Under the pieces are notes generated by a model that was given only the letters and a program-made list of their open reading frames with translations, had not been told where the DNA came from and did not search any database. From Blepharisma stoltei ATCC 30299 (Eukaryota > Protista > Ciliophora): a stretch of DNA of 64,000 bases. Of the stretch, positions 37,209 to 47,218 are shown one piece after another (the stretch's first letter is position 1; the number at the start of each line of letters is the position of its first letter). A program made the position numbers and the translations under genes. The stretch covers positions 248,001 through 312,000 of the forward strand of contig CBFDEM010000004.1 of assembly GCA_965603825.1 (NCBI GenBank). Reading direction: 5' to 3'.

Positions 37209-37718
37209 ATGACACATCATAATTTCAATTATCTTTCCAGGGTAGCTGCAGCATATGAAGGCATGGCTATATCAAGATTTGCTTTACACAAAATCAGAAA
37301 AGAAGTAATTAAAGAAGGCTTAGCAAAAGATGACGAAGTTGTAGGAGGACTGCTAATTTGCAAGAAATGCTCTGAAAAACTTATACCTGGGAAATCCTGT
37401 GATTTTATGATTGAAAAGATTAGGAAAAAAACTTATAAAAATGCAGTCGTCTACCGGTGCAAAAGGTGCGGTGGAGTAACAAGATTCAAAGGAATAGACA
37501 AAAGAGACGAAAAGCCAAAAAAAACTGATAAAGAAAGAGTAACTCCAATTAAATACACAGAAGAAGATATTCAGAGAATATTAAACAAAATACCTACAGG
37601 CCACAGAAATTTATCATCTAAAAAACAAATAAAGCCTAAAAAGGAAGAGAAAAAATCATTGATTGACTCGTTTTTTGAAGGGTCTAATGGGTCAAGTCTT
37701 TATAATTTATTTCATTAA
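37209..37718 (+). CDS. RNase P/MRP subunit Rpp21/Rpr2-like zinc ribbon, 169 aa
   Basis: NYLSRVA, ICKKCSEKLIPGKSC, VVYRCKRCGGVTRF. Confidence 0.7.
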   Translation: MTHHNFNYLSRVAAAYEGMAISRFALHKIRKEVIKEGLAKDDEVVGGLLICKKCSEKLIPGKSCDFMIEKIRKKTYKNAVVYRCKRCGGVTRFKGIDKRDEKPKKTDKERVTPIKYTEEDIQRILNKIPTGHRNLSSKKQIKPKKEEKKSLIDSFFEGSNGSSLYNLFH

Positions 37719-37726
37719 TGCTTATA

Positions 37727-38224
37727 ATGATAAACGAAATTGATAAGCCTAATGATAAGTTTTCATGCTCAATAGTTTGAACTCCTTTACCACTTATAAG
37801 TGCGCTATTTCCGTTTATAGGCCACGCAGGGATTTGTGCATCAGATGGAACTATTCATAATTATGCTGGATCGTTTTATGTTCAGGTAGGCAAAATGATA
37901 TTTGGTGCACCTACAAAATATGTAAAGCTAAAAGTTGAAAATTTAATAGAGTGAGATTCTCATATTAATCTAGGGGACGAAAAATACAAAGGAGAAAAAT
38001 ACAATTTTTTGGCGAATAACTGCCATGACTATGTTGCTTTTATATTGAACTCGAATAATTTTCAAGGTATTCACTGGAACTCTACAAAGCTCTGTTGCCT
38101 TTTTATTTCAAAAGGCAGATATGTTAGCTGTATAAGTTTTGTAAAAACTTATGCCCAGTTCGCGGTTGTAATCATTTTGATCTTTCTTATAATTTTTTTC
38201 TCTGCAGGAGGATATATCAAATAA
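37727..38224 (+). CDS. TMEM222: TMEM222/RTE1 family protein, 165 aa
   Basis: FSCSIV[TGA]TPLPLISALFPFIGHAGIC, FGAPTKY, E[TGA]D, NNCHDYVA. TGA at 37778 and 37952 match conserved Trp. Confidence 0.9.
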
Positions 38225-38368
38225 ATTTTTTGTAATGCTATCAAGACTAAAGCCTATTTTTTATATTATATGCTAGCTAAAATCGCTCAAATAATGCATA
38301 TGTTAGATTAAATGCATAAAAGCTAAATTTTCTTGAATAATTGAACCTTTTTATAGTTCTTATAAAAT

Positions 38369-38999
38369 ATGGCTTCTGGACGAAAGCATCTGTTGAAAGT
38401 AATCATCTTAGGTGACTCAGCGTAAGCCTTTATTTAGGGTCGGAAAAACTTCTCTCATGAATCAATATGTCAACAAACGCTTTACCCAGCAATACAAAGC
38501 CACAATCGGTGCTGATTTCTTAACCAAGGAAGTAATGATTGACGATAAATTGGTAACTCTCCAAATCTGGGATACCGCTGGCCAAGAAAGATTCCAAAGC
38601 CTTGGAGTTGCCTTTTACAGAGGAGCAGACTGCTGCGTGATGGTCTATGATATAACTTCAAGTAAAAGCTTTGATAATATCAGTTCATGGAAGGATGAGT
38701 TCTTAAGCCAGTCAAATCCCAAAAACCCAGAAAATTTCCCATTCGTTGTGCTTGGAAACAAGCTTGATAAAGAAAGCGAAAGAAAAGTCCCGAACGCAAG
38801 AGCTTCACAGTGGTGTAGAGATAATGGCAATATGCCGTTTTTCGAAACCTCAGCTAAGGATGCCATAAATGTAGATGAAGCTTTCCAAACAATTGCAAGA
38901 AATGCACTTTCTCAAGTAAAAGAAGAGGAAGAATATAAACCTACAATCAATCTCAACGGTGGCAAAAAAGATAAGGGCCAAAAGAAAGCTTGCTGCTAG
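38369..38999 (+). CDS. RAB7: Rab7 GTPase, 204 aa, one 16-nt intron
   Basis: [65 protein letters not shown]-terminal CC. Confidence 0.96.
38422..38437 (+). other. 16-nt spliceosomal intron
   Basis: gtaagcctttatttag; removal fixes the frame break in the Rab7 P-loop. Confidence 0.92.
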
Positions 39000-39492
39000 G
39001 TTAAATAAAGCATCATTTAGAAATAATAATTCAAATATATAAAACTTGACTTCATTATAATAATAATAGAAATTATTCAATTAAAAAATTAAAATAAAAT
39101 GCATTTCAATGCCGAGAAGAAATTAATATACACAAAACATAAATTGTTTTAATAATAGAAAGAAATTCCCTGCAGCTTATATTTATTGTTATCGCCAAAT
39201 TACTTAGTAATCATGTATTTTGCATCTGCAAATTAATTTAGAATAAATCAATTTATATTTTATATAGCTAAATAAAATTCTAATTAGAATTTACAATATT
39301 TTCGAAAGTCAAACATTTAATGTGTTTTTTATTGCCATTTTAAATTTAAAGCATGAAATATGATTTTATTACAGTTATAAATACTGATTTTTCTGTATTT
39401 ATTATAAATTATTAAAATTTAAGCATTCGCTATTTATCTTCCCCATAAGATTGATGATGTGTATATAATTAATAACTTACATTACCTTATTA

Positions 39493-41496
39493 ATGGTAAT
39501 AGACACTATCATTGAGCAGCCAACAGGACATTTGAATGATTTTCAGGTTTACTCGTACACTATTGCAGACTTTTTATCATTCCTTTCAGGAATGATCTTA
39601 CTTTTTGCATATCTAAAAGTAAAAAAACTGAGAGAAAGGCCAGGATTTTTGATTTTAATGCTCTGTGAGAGTTATTCAATCCAGTCATTTTATCAAGCAT
39701 ACACAGGATTCCATTACGCACTTATCCAGTAGTTTTTATTTAGAGAGCCTCGTAATTCTGAGACCTGTCTGATGCATGGTGCTTTGAATACTTTCCTGAT
39801 GATTGTCTCATGAAACTTCGCTTTATCTCTCTCAATAGAAGTTTTAATTCTAGCATCCAAAAGAATTAGAAGAGCAGACTACCAATACACTTATTATCAA
39901 ATTTTCGCTGTTCTCCCTACAACTGGGATTATTATAGTAATCGCATGTCTTGATGGCTTTGGGTTATCCATAAACAATACATGCTTAGTAAAACAAGAAA
40001 GCTTTGCTAATTTAGTTATGTGAATCTTTTATCTCTATTTGCCTGTCTATTTGACATCAATTATTATATGCTTTTACTCATTCAGGAGGCATAAAAAAAG
40101 AATTCAATCACTAACTCCTTGCACTATTTTGACAGCATTTACACTGTTAAATCTCCCTTTCACACTTGAATATTTAATATGTTTTTATCTAAACTCTCCT
40201 GCCTTGAGTGTGCTTGTTGAGTTTATGATAATATCAAAAAGCTTAACAGGGTTTATCTTATGTTTATTACTGCTAACAGCGCCTGAAATTAGAGAAATAA
40301 TGAGAAAAGTTGAAAGCACAGCTGACTTAATCGAACCTGTAAATATAATATAGCTAATTGAAACAGAAAATGCAGTCACTCAATACCAAGAAGTTGAGCC
40401 TTACCCAGCTAAAAGATTCAGCGACAAAGAAGTCCAAAACGAAAAACTGCAAATAACTTTATTATGCCTTACTCAAATAATAGGAAAAAACCAAATAAAT
40501 TTAAATGAATTGGAAAACCAAACATTTCCATGGGCTCAAGAATTTTATGGTGAAATCATTGAGCATAATATAATGGAAAATGATTTATCAGTACGATGTG
40601 ATATTTCTCCTGAAATCAAGAAAAAGTGTAATCGCTATTTAGTCCAACATTTTAATTGCAAAGTCATTGAATACGCCCCAACAATTTTTTTCCACATGCA
40701 AAGCATTGATGGGATATCTCAAAGTGATATCGTACAATCTTTGCTTACAGGCCTTTCCGAAGACTCCCAAGATTTAAGCCTTTCTGGCTATCCAACTCGG
40801 TCCCTGCATAGCTTTTCCTTTAACTCTAAATTTTTATTAAAAGAAATATCCCCAGAAGACAAAGAAAACTTAGTTTCAACGCTTCCTGCAGCTCATACTT
40901 ACATTTCGCAAACCTCGCGAAACAAATCTCTTCTGGTCAGAGTCCTTGGACTCTTCACAATCAGCATCAAATCAAAGCCAAGCTACGATATTGTAATATT
41001 AGAAAACATAATTCCAAGTGATATCGACTCTTTTGCCTTATTTGAATTGAAAGGCACAAAGCTTGACAGACAGGTTTTATCTGATCCTTCAAGCTATGAC
41101 ATAAAGACTTGTCCTACTGAGTTTATGCTCAAAGATCTTGATTTTTCTCAAATCCAAAAAGCAATTCATTTATCATATATTGATCAAAGCTGGGTAAGAA
41201 TGATGGTCCATGATGACGTTGAATTTTTAAGCAGTTTTGAGCTTGTTGAGTACTCTCTGTTTTTGGCTGTCGCCCATTCCATCAATAGAGAAAATCTGCA
41301 TCACCGGCATAGTCGACATGTATTTGATGGGAATGGAAAAGATGCATCGAAAGTCTACATTCTAGGTATCATGGATACATATAGCGCGATCAGAACTCGT
41401 CATCAAAAAAGCCCACGAATGAATAAGTCTGCTGAGGAATATTCTGAAAGATTTCTATCATTTTTCAATAGCATATTAAAATGTGACTCTCTATAA
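39493..41496 (+). CDS. GPCR-like 7TM receptor fused to PIP-kinase domain (GPCR-PIPK), 657 aa
   Basis: One frame after removing introns 39729-39743 and 40339-40353 and reading TGA 39811 and 40021 as Trp. About seven hydrophobic helices, then EYAP.IF, SLLVRVLGLF, ELKGT, LKDLDF, EYSL, YILGIMD, YSERF. Confidence 0.85.
39729..39743 (+). other. 15-nt spliceosomal intron
   Basis: gtagtttttatttag contains an in-frame TAG. Confidence 0.85.
40339..40353 (+). other. 15-nt spliceosomal intron between 7TM and PIPK domains
   Basis: gtaaatataatatag ends in an in-frame TAG. Confidence 0.85.
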
Positions 41497-41570
41497 TTAA
41501 AATTAAGTAAGTATAGTGAAAATTTTCGTACCGCCAAAGATACGCGAAAATATAAATAGCCAGCCGAAAA

Positions 41571-42119
41571 ATGTCTTACAAAATGCAAAAAGCTAACGAG
41601 CAAATCAACTCCAAGAAAGAAACCAAAAGTGTCAAGGCTTTTGTACCTAGACCACTTACACCTTATAGACTGTTTGCTTTGGAGCATCTGGATATCAAGG
41701 ACAGAAATGAGTTAACAGCTCTTTGGGAGAAAGCTTCAGATACCGAAAAAGAAAAGATCATGACTACCTTCAAAAAGCAACAACAGGTATATAAGAATAT
41801 TTTAGATCTTACAAAAAGAAAAGCTGCTATCTTGAAGGATCTTGAAGACTTGGAAGAAAAGCTCTGTGAACTCCGCACATCATACTTATCAAGTGTGTCT
41901 GAGACTCTAAGGCCTAGAATCAAGCGTCGAAGGATAACACCATTTGGCTGTTACTGCAAGAGTCAGATACTCTCACTCAAAGAAAAAAAGCCAGAGCTTA
42001 CATATAGAGAAAGGGTGAAAGAGCTCAGAACAGCCTGGAAAGCGATGGGCACTGACGAAAGGAAGCCTTATCTCGAGATGGCGAAAGAAGCCAGAAAAGT
42101 AATTCGCAGTAAGCAATAA
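41571..42119 (+). CDS. Two-HMG-box protein, 182 aa
   Basis: PRPLTPYRLF...LWEKASDTEKE and RRITPFGCYC...AWKAMGTDERKPYLEMA. Confidence 0.8.
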   Translation: MSYKMQKANEQINSKKETKSVKAFVPRPLTPYRLFALEHLDIKDRNELTALWEKASDTEKEKIMTTFKKQQQVYKNILDLTKRKAAILKDLEDLEEKLCELRTSYLSSVSETLRPRIKRRRITPFGCYCKSQILSLKEKKPELTYRERVKELRTAWKAMGTDERKPYLEMAKEARKVIRSKQ

Positions 42120-42160
42120 ACTTACATTTTTGATTAAATTGTTTATATTTTTAATTATAT

Positions 42161-43486
42161 ATGTCTGAGCAAAATCAGAATCCATTGACTTATAAAGATA
42201 TCGCAGATACTCTTTCCCCCTCTCAATCAAATGAATATGCATCAAATGGAGACAGATACTCAAAAGCCTATGCAAACGCGATGAGGGCTCTCCAAGAGAG
42301 AATTAAGGCACTGGAATCTGAAAACGCTTATTTAAAGGATAAAATTTCGTCAATAGAAGGGAAGGGCAATTCAGATAGAGAAAAGTGGCAGCAAAGACTT
42401 ATGGAAGAGGTTAAAAATTCTGGCCAAAAGGAAAAGCAATATCAAAATACGATTATTGACCTTGAGCAAGAAATCAAAAATTTGACTGAAAGAATGATGG
42501 TAGGAGAGGAGCAAATGAAAATCAAAGACGATCAGATTTTGTACCAAATAAACCAAGGAAAAACAAACTATGAACAGTTTATTTTAGATCGGGATAACTT
42601 GTGTCTGGAGATTGAACATTTAAAAAATCAGCTGGCGGCGAAAATGAATGAGCATCAAAGCTCCTCAAATTTTGTATTGGGGCTTGAAAGAGACAAAAAA
42701 TTAACTGAAGAAGAAAATTCGCAGCTTAGAAGGATTAATGCTACTTTAGAAGAAGAAGTCGCTTTCCTTAGAGAGTCAACGCACCAACAAAAGAGCAGTT
42801 TGCAAAAAGTAAAAATTATTTAGAGTTATCAAGATTTTGAAAATGAAGTCAACCTAAAAGCAAGCGAATTTCTCCAAACAATAAAAGAGCTTGAAATAAA
42901 AAACAAAGGCTTAAATGAAATTGCCACAAATCAAAAAAAGCAGATAGAATATTTAAAAAAGGAAATCAATGATTTGCATGACTACAAAAAAGCTTCTCTG
43001 ACTCAAAAAATTGAATCATTGAGCAGCTCTTCAAGCAGAAAACAGCTTTCCCCAAGCATTGAAGAATCTAAAGCCAGAAGGCCAAAAAAAAGTTTATCAA
43101 TAAAAGCTAATGAAAATCATGTTCAAAAATCAAGATCCCCTATATGTGAGACCTGCTGCCGTCGAGAAAGCTCGAAAACTCCAAAATCTTCCTTAAAAAA
43201 GCCAATTCCTCAAAAATCGTTTTCCAAAAGCGTTAAAATAAACGATCCTGCTCCTACAACTGAAGAAGACATCTTCAGCTCAATCCAGAGCTTGGAAAAA
43301 GAAATTTCCTCATTGGGTCAAAAATACAAGCACCTCCTTCAAACATCTCAAGAAGGGACTTCAGATCTCAGTGCATTAAGAAAAGAAATTACTGAAACCT
43401 CGTCTGAAATCCAACAAAAAAGTGATGCACTTTATGAACTCAAAAAAAAGCATCATTCCATACTAAGAGAGAAGCTTTCTACATAA
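42161..43486 (+). CDS. CEP57/translokin-like centrosomal coiled-coil protein, 436 aa
   Basis: N-terminal KAYANAMRALQERIKALESE and C-terminal IQSLEKEISSL...LRKEI...IQQKSDALYELKK resemble the two CEP57 domains. Intron 42809-42823. Confidence 0.6.
42809..42823 (+). other. 15-nt spliceosomal intron
   Basis: gtaaaaattatttag ends in an in-frame TAG; the downstream frame stays open to 43486. Confidence 0.88.
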
Positions 43487-43560
43487 CAATTAATTTAAAT
43501 CTGTCGTCTTTTACACTTTACGATCATTGTTTTGCTAATATTGTGGTAGATATTACATAA

Positions 43561-44022
43561 ATGGAAGACCCTGAAGTAATCCAAGCTCGTGCCAAACTCG
43601 CAGCTAAATTTGGCGAATCCGCGAGAATAGGTGGAAAAGGCTCAATGAGACGTAAAAACAAAGTTCCTCACAAAACGACCATGGTTGATGACAAGAAATT
43701 GCGATCTTCAATATCAAAGCTCGGAGTTCAGCCATTGCCTGCAATAGAAGAAGTCAATTTCTTCAAAGACGACAACACTGTGCTGCATTTTGTAAACCCA
43801 CAGGTCAATGCTAACATTAAAGACAATTTCTTTGTGGTTTCAGGCACAGGCGAAGTGAAAACAATCAAAGATCTGATGCCAGGCATCATCACTCAGCTAG
43901 GACCTAAAAACCTTGACGTCTTAAAAGATCTTGTTCAAGCTAGCAAAGAGCAAGCAGGAGAAGAAGAAGTGCCTGATTTAGTGGGAGGACAAAACTTTGA
44001 AGATGTCGCAAATCAATCTTAA
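43561..44022 (+). CDS. BTF3: Nascent polypeptide-associated complex beta subunit, 153 aa
   Basis: RIGGKGSMRRK, DDKKL, IEEVNFFKDD, MPGIITQLGP, EVPDLV..NFE. Confidence 0.95.
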   Translation: MEDPEVIQARAKLAAKFGESARIGGKGSMRRKNKVPHKTTMVDDKKLRSSISKLGVQPLPAIEEVNFFKDDNTVLHFVNPQVNANIKDNFFVVSGTGEVKTIKDLMPGIITQLGPKNLDVLKDLVQASKEQAGEEEVPDLVGGQNFEDVANQS

Positions 44023-44044
44023 ATAAGAATTTCAGGTTAATAAG

Positions 44045-44812
44045 TTAGAATATTACCTTCATATGGCTGAGAAGAAACTGGCCCCAATTGGAAATGTCTT
44101 CGATAGAGAGCTCTTCGAAATCTTTGAACCTTTTGAAGAAGATGAGGGGAAGTCGAGTTTCAGGGGGGTAGTAGTTGATGACCCCTTTAAAGTATTGGGC
44201 GATTCCATCGACTGCTTCGTATGACTCTATTAAAGAAGGCTTTATTTTTTTGGCTTTCTTCTTGATCATTTTAATCTTAGACTCAGGCAGTCGCAAACAT
44301 TTCATTTTCCTGAAATTGTTTTTGAAAAATCAGTACTCGCTTATAAGAGCTGAGTACTTACTAATGTTATCCTTTTGCTTTTGAGTGATACTTTTCTTAG
44401 CCCCAGCGTTTCTTTCAATTAATTTTATATCAAACCAAAATGCCAAAATGTCTAAGACTTTCAGAAGGTCTGGATCTACTCTATTTTGGTTTTGCTGGAA
44501 TATATGATCATTCATAATTTCCACTGAAACTTTATTGATTTTCTCATAGGCTTCCCTCATAACTTCTTGGAAAGCCTCGTTTACCTCAGTTGCCTTTGAA
44601 AAGAATTCGCCAACAGTCGCATGCATGGATTCTTTAAATGCCTTCTCTGAAGTTAGTATAGAGTCTTGGCTTAATAGCATTCTATAATAAAGAACAACTA
44701 AGCGATTGAACCTTTTGTTTACAAAACGAAGGTCAATAATTTCAGGCAATACAATGGCATCAATATAGGGAAGTATATGATGGAGGATAATGTTATCTGA
44801 CAGCAATTCCAT
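44045..44812 (-). CDS. F-box-like protein, 255 aa
   Basis: LSDNIILHHILPYID...LRFVNKRFNRL at the N-terminus; joined through TGA 44330-44332. Confidence 0.6.
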
Positions 44813-44828
44813 TTTATATAGTTATTTA

Positions 44829-45707
44829 TTAATCAATTTCACTGATCTCTATATCAGCCAGCAAGCTAGTCTTTGCTTTGCTTTGAGTGCTGAATGACTC
44901 GATCATTCCAACAGAATCATTTGCATCAAAGAAAAATAACTGATAGGCCGCTTTCTCATTTGTGATTAATTTCACTATATCTTGAGTCACCATTCCTGCA
45001 GCAATCGAGAGACTTGGGTAGAATTCTTGTGTGAATGAAAAGAAAATTTGTTCAGATAAGGGTTTAAGGACTTGATCATCTATGAATGTGGGTGGTGCAT
45101 TTTCTAAAGGAAGGCTCTGAAATTTGCAATAGAGAGCTAGCAAAAATGCGTAGAATCTTAAATTTGGCTTTTTCTTTTTGGTTTGTAAAAATGAAGGAAT
45201 TTTTTCAATTATTTCTGGTAAAGATAGGTAGGAGATTTCTCCAGATGGATGAATAAGATCAGCGATAACTAAAACAGCCTCTCTGGAATTAAACACATAA
45301 TAGCTAGGTATATGCTTTTCTCTACAAGATCTGTTAATATCAGCGCAGTTTGCAGTGTCTCCGCTAAACACAACAACTTGATAGTTTCCATCTGCGTTTT
45401 TGGTTTGTGAAACTTTCACTAGACAGTTGATTTCTTGGATTCTTTTCGCTCCAGCTTCTCCTCTGCTTAATCCAACATCTTCATTTCTAAGGTAAAAGTT
45501 ATTCAGATCTGGCTGCTCGATAATTTTGTCATCTAGAATGTCTAAGCTCATCCCACTCAACACACAATTTTTAGCAATTTCGCTGGTTGTCCCATTAAAG
45601 TTTATCACAAGAATTTTGGCTGATCTTAGTTTAGATTGAGCTTCCATTCCCCAGATTCTTATTTGCCTGTCATAAATTTGTCGTTCTTCAATTGAAAGTT
45701 CTGCCAT
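44829..45707 (-). CDS. SAE1: SUMO-activating enzyme subunit 1 (Aos1), 292 aa
   Basis: YDRQIRIWGMEAQSKLRSAKIL, EIAKNCVLSG, AGMVTQDIVK, FFFD. Confidence 0.88.
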   Translation of the reverse strand: MAELSIEERQIYDRQIRIWGMEAQSKLRSAKILVINFNGTTSEIAKNCVLSGMSLDILDDKIIEQPDLNNFYLRNEDVGLSRGEAGAKRIQEINCLVKVSQTKNADGNYQVVVFSGDTANCADINRSCREKHIPSYYVFNSREAVLVIADLIHPSGEISYLSLPEIIEKIPSFLQTKKKKPNLRFYAFLLALYCKFQSLPLENAPPTFIDDQVLKPLSEQIFFSFTQEFYPSLSIAAGMVTQDIVKLITNEKAAYQLFFFDANDSVGMIESFSTQSKAKTSLLADIEISEID

Positions 45708-46008
45708 TTTATAAGTCTTTAGCTATATTTAAGGGCTTTCGATAATGAAGAATATAAGCTTCAAGTTTCATAATGTATCAGTTAAGGCATTCAATAAATG
45801 GACTATTTAAAATTTTAAATTAATAGAAAAGCTGATGTCTTATTTTATAATTCAAACAAAATTAATTAGTTATAAAATGCATAAGATTTTAAGTAGCGCA
45901 AAAAATTGAATCTTTTTCTCAATTATCCTTAGTGGAAGTCTAAACTCCTTTCCTTAAAATATAAACAACTTTCACTCGCCTTATCACTTTCTTAAATGGT
46001 GAATAAAT

Positions 46009-46626
46009 ATGAAGTTGCTTTTAGCAGTCACTATCATTGCTTGTGCTTCTGCCACTCAGTGGGTTCCAATTGCTACACCTTCAGACGGCTTTGCTATGGG
46101 TCCAGTTACCACCAACTATACTCTTGAAGTGTTCTACGATCATCTTTGCTCAGATTCAGCTGCTGCATGGCCAGGACTCTTCCAGTATTGGCAGCAAAAT
46201 AAAGATTGGCTCCAACTAGTCATCCACATTCACCCTCTGCCTTATCACTACTATGCCTTCATTGTTGGCGTAGCTGGAAGATTCATCCAATTAAACTACC
46301 CACAAAACTTTACCGATTTCGTAACTTGGATGTTTGTTCATCAAGATAAGTATCTTGATACCGCTCTATATTGGAATCTTGCTACAATTAAAAGCAACTT
46401 AGCAACTGATACTCAAACTGCAACTGGTGCTCCATTTGGACAAGTCTCAAATGCTTTAAATAATAATGCCTATTATTATGATTTAGGAGTATCAACCACT
46501 TATGCTTTCACAAGAGGTATCACTGGAACTCCTCAGTATTTGATTAACGGAATTTGGTCACCAGATGCAACTAATTGTGAGACTCCTTCTGATTGGGTAA
46601 CACTCTTCCAAGCTATTAAAAGTTAA
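46009..46626 (+). CDS. Secreted DsbA/thioredoxin-fold protein with CxxS motif, 205 aa
   Basis: Signal peptide, EVFYDHLCSDS, PLPYH, GITGTPQYLING. Confidence 0.8.
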   Translation: MKLLLAVTIIACASATQWVPIATPSDGFAMGPVTTNYTLEVFYDHLCSDSAAAWPGLFQYWQQNKDWLQLVIHIHPLPYHYYAFIVGVAGRFIQLNYPQNFTDFVTWMFVHQDKYLDTALYWNLATIKSNLATDTQTATGAPFGQVSNALNNNAYYYDLGVSTTYAFTRGITGTPQYLINGIWSPDATNCETPSDWVTLFQAIKS

Positions 46627-46760
46627 GAGTAATTCATTATATTTGGAATAAATATGCCTAATAAGTAAAATGCATAAGAAAGAATAATTACTATTATATT
46701 CCAAATTATACAATTTTAAAGAATTATGAATTTGCTTTTAATCTTATGATCCAACTATAG

Positions 46761-47195
46761 TTTTTGCTTGGTGTACAGTGGGCTTTATTTTACTATCAAG
46801 AAACTTCAAGAGATCTAGGCTGCAATGGTATTTGTAATGATGCTTGCACCAATTGATGAGGAAGCTTTACAAAAGGGAATTAAAAAAAATTTGAAAATAA
46901 AAATATAAGGGCCATCCCTCAGTTTGCTCACCCAGACTATGCAAGTTTTGCTGATAGTTTAGCTAAAGAATTTGAAGTCTTACATCATTTTGAAGAAAGC
47001 TATCAATCATATTGCAGTGCTGTTAACTGGAACCTTAATATTAGATCATTCAGACTCTGTGGCTCTTTTAGCAATCAAGATCGAGTAAATCAGTCATTTA
47101 AAAGTGCATTAATTGCCTGTGGGGAGAAAATTTATGAAAATAAGCAGCCAATAATTCATAGCTTTTATCACATTATATCAAAATTAAACACTTAA
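46761..47195 (+). pseudogene. Possible disrupted coding relic
   Basis: About 103 open codons (46884-47195) with no ATG, preceded by TAA 46881-46883 and an A8 run; more coding-like than neighbouring spacers. Confidence 0.3.
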
Positions 47196-47218
47196 ATTGT
47201 CACATAAAGGATTTTATA

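Noticed and set aside
37716-37720. TAATG stop/start overlap suggesting bacterial-style translational coupling
   Set aside because: A second in-frame ATG at 37727 suffices, and TAATG is common by chance in AT-rich DNA.
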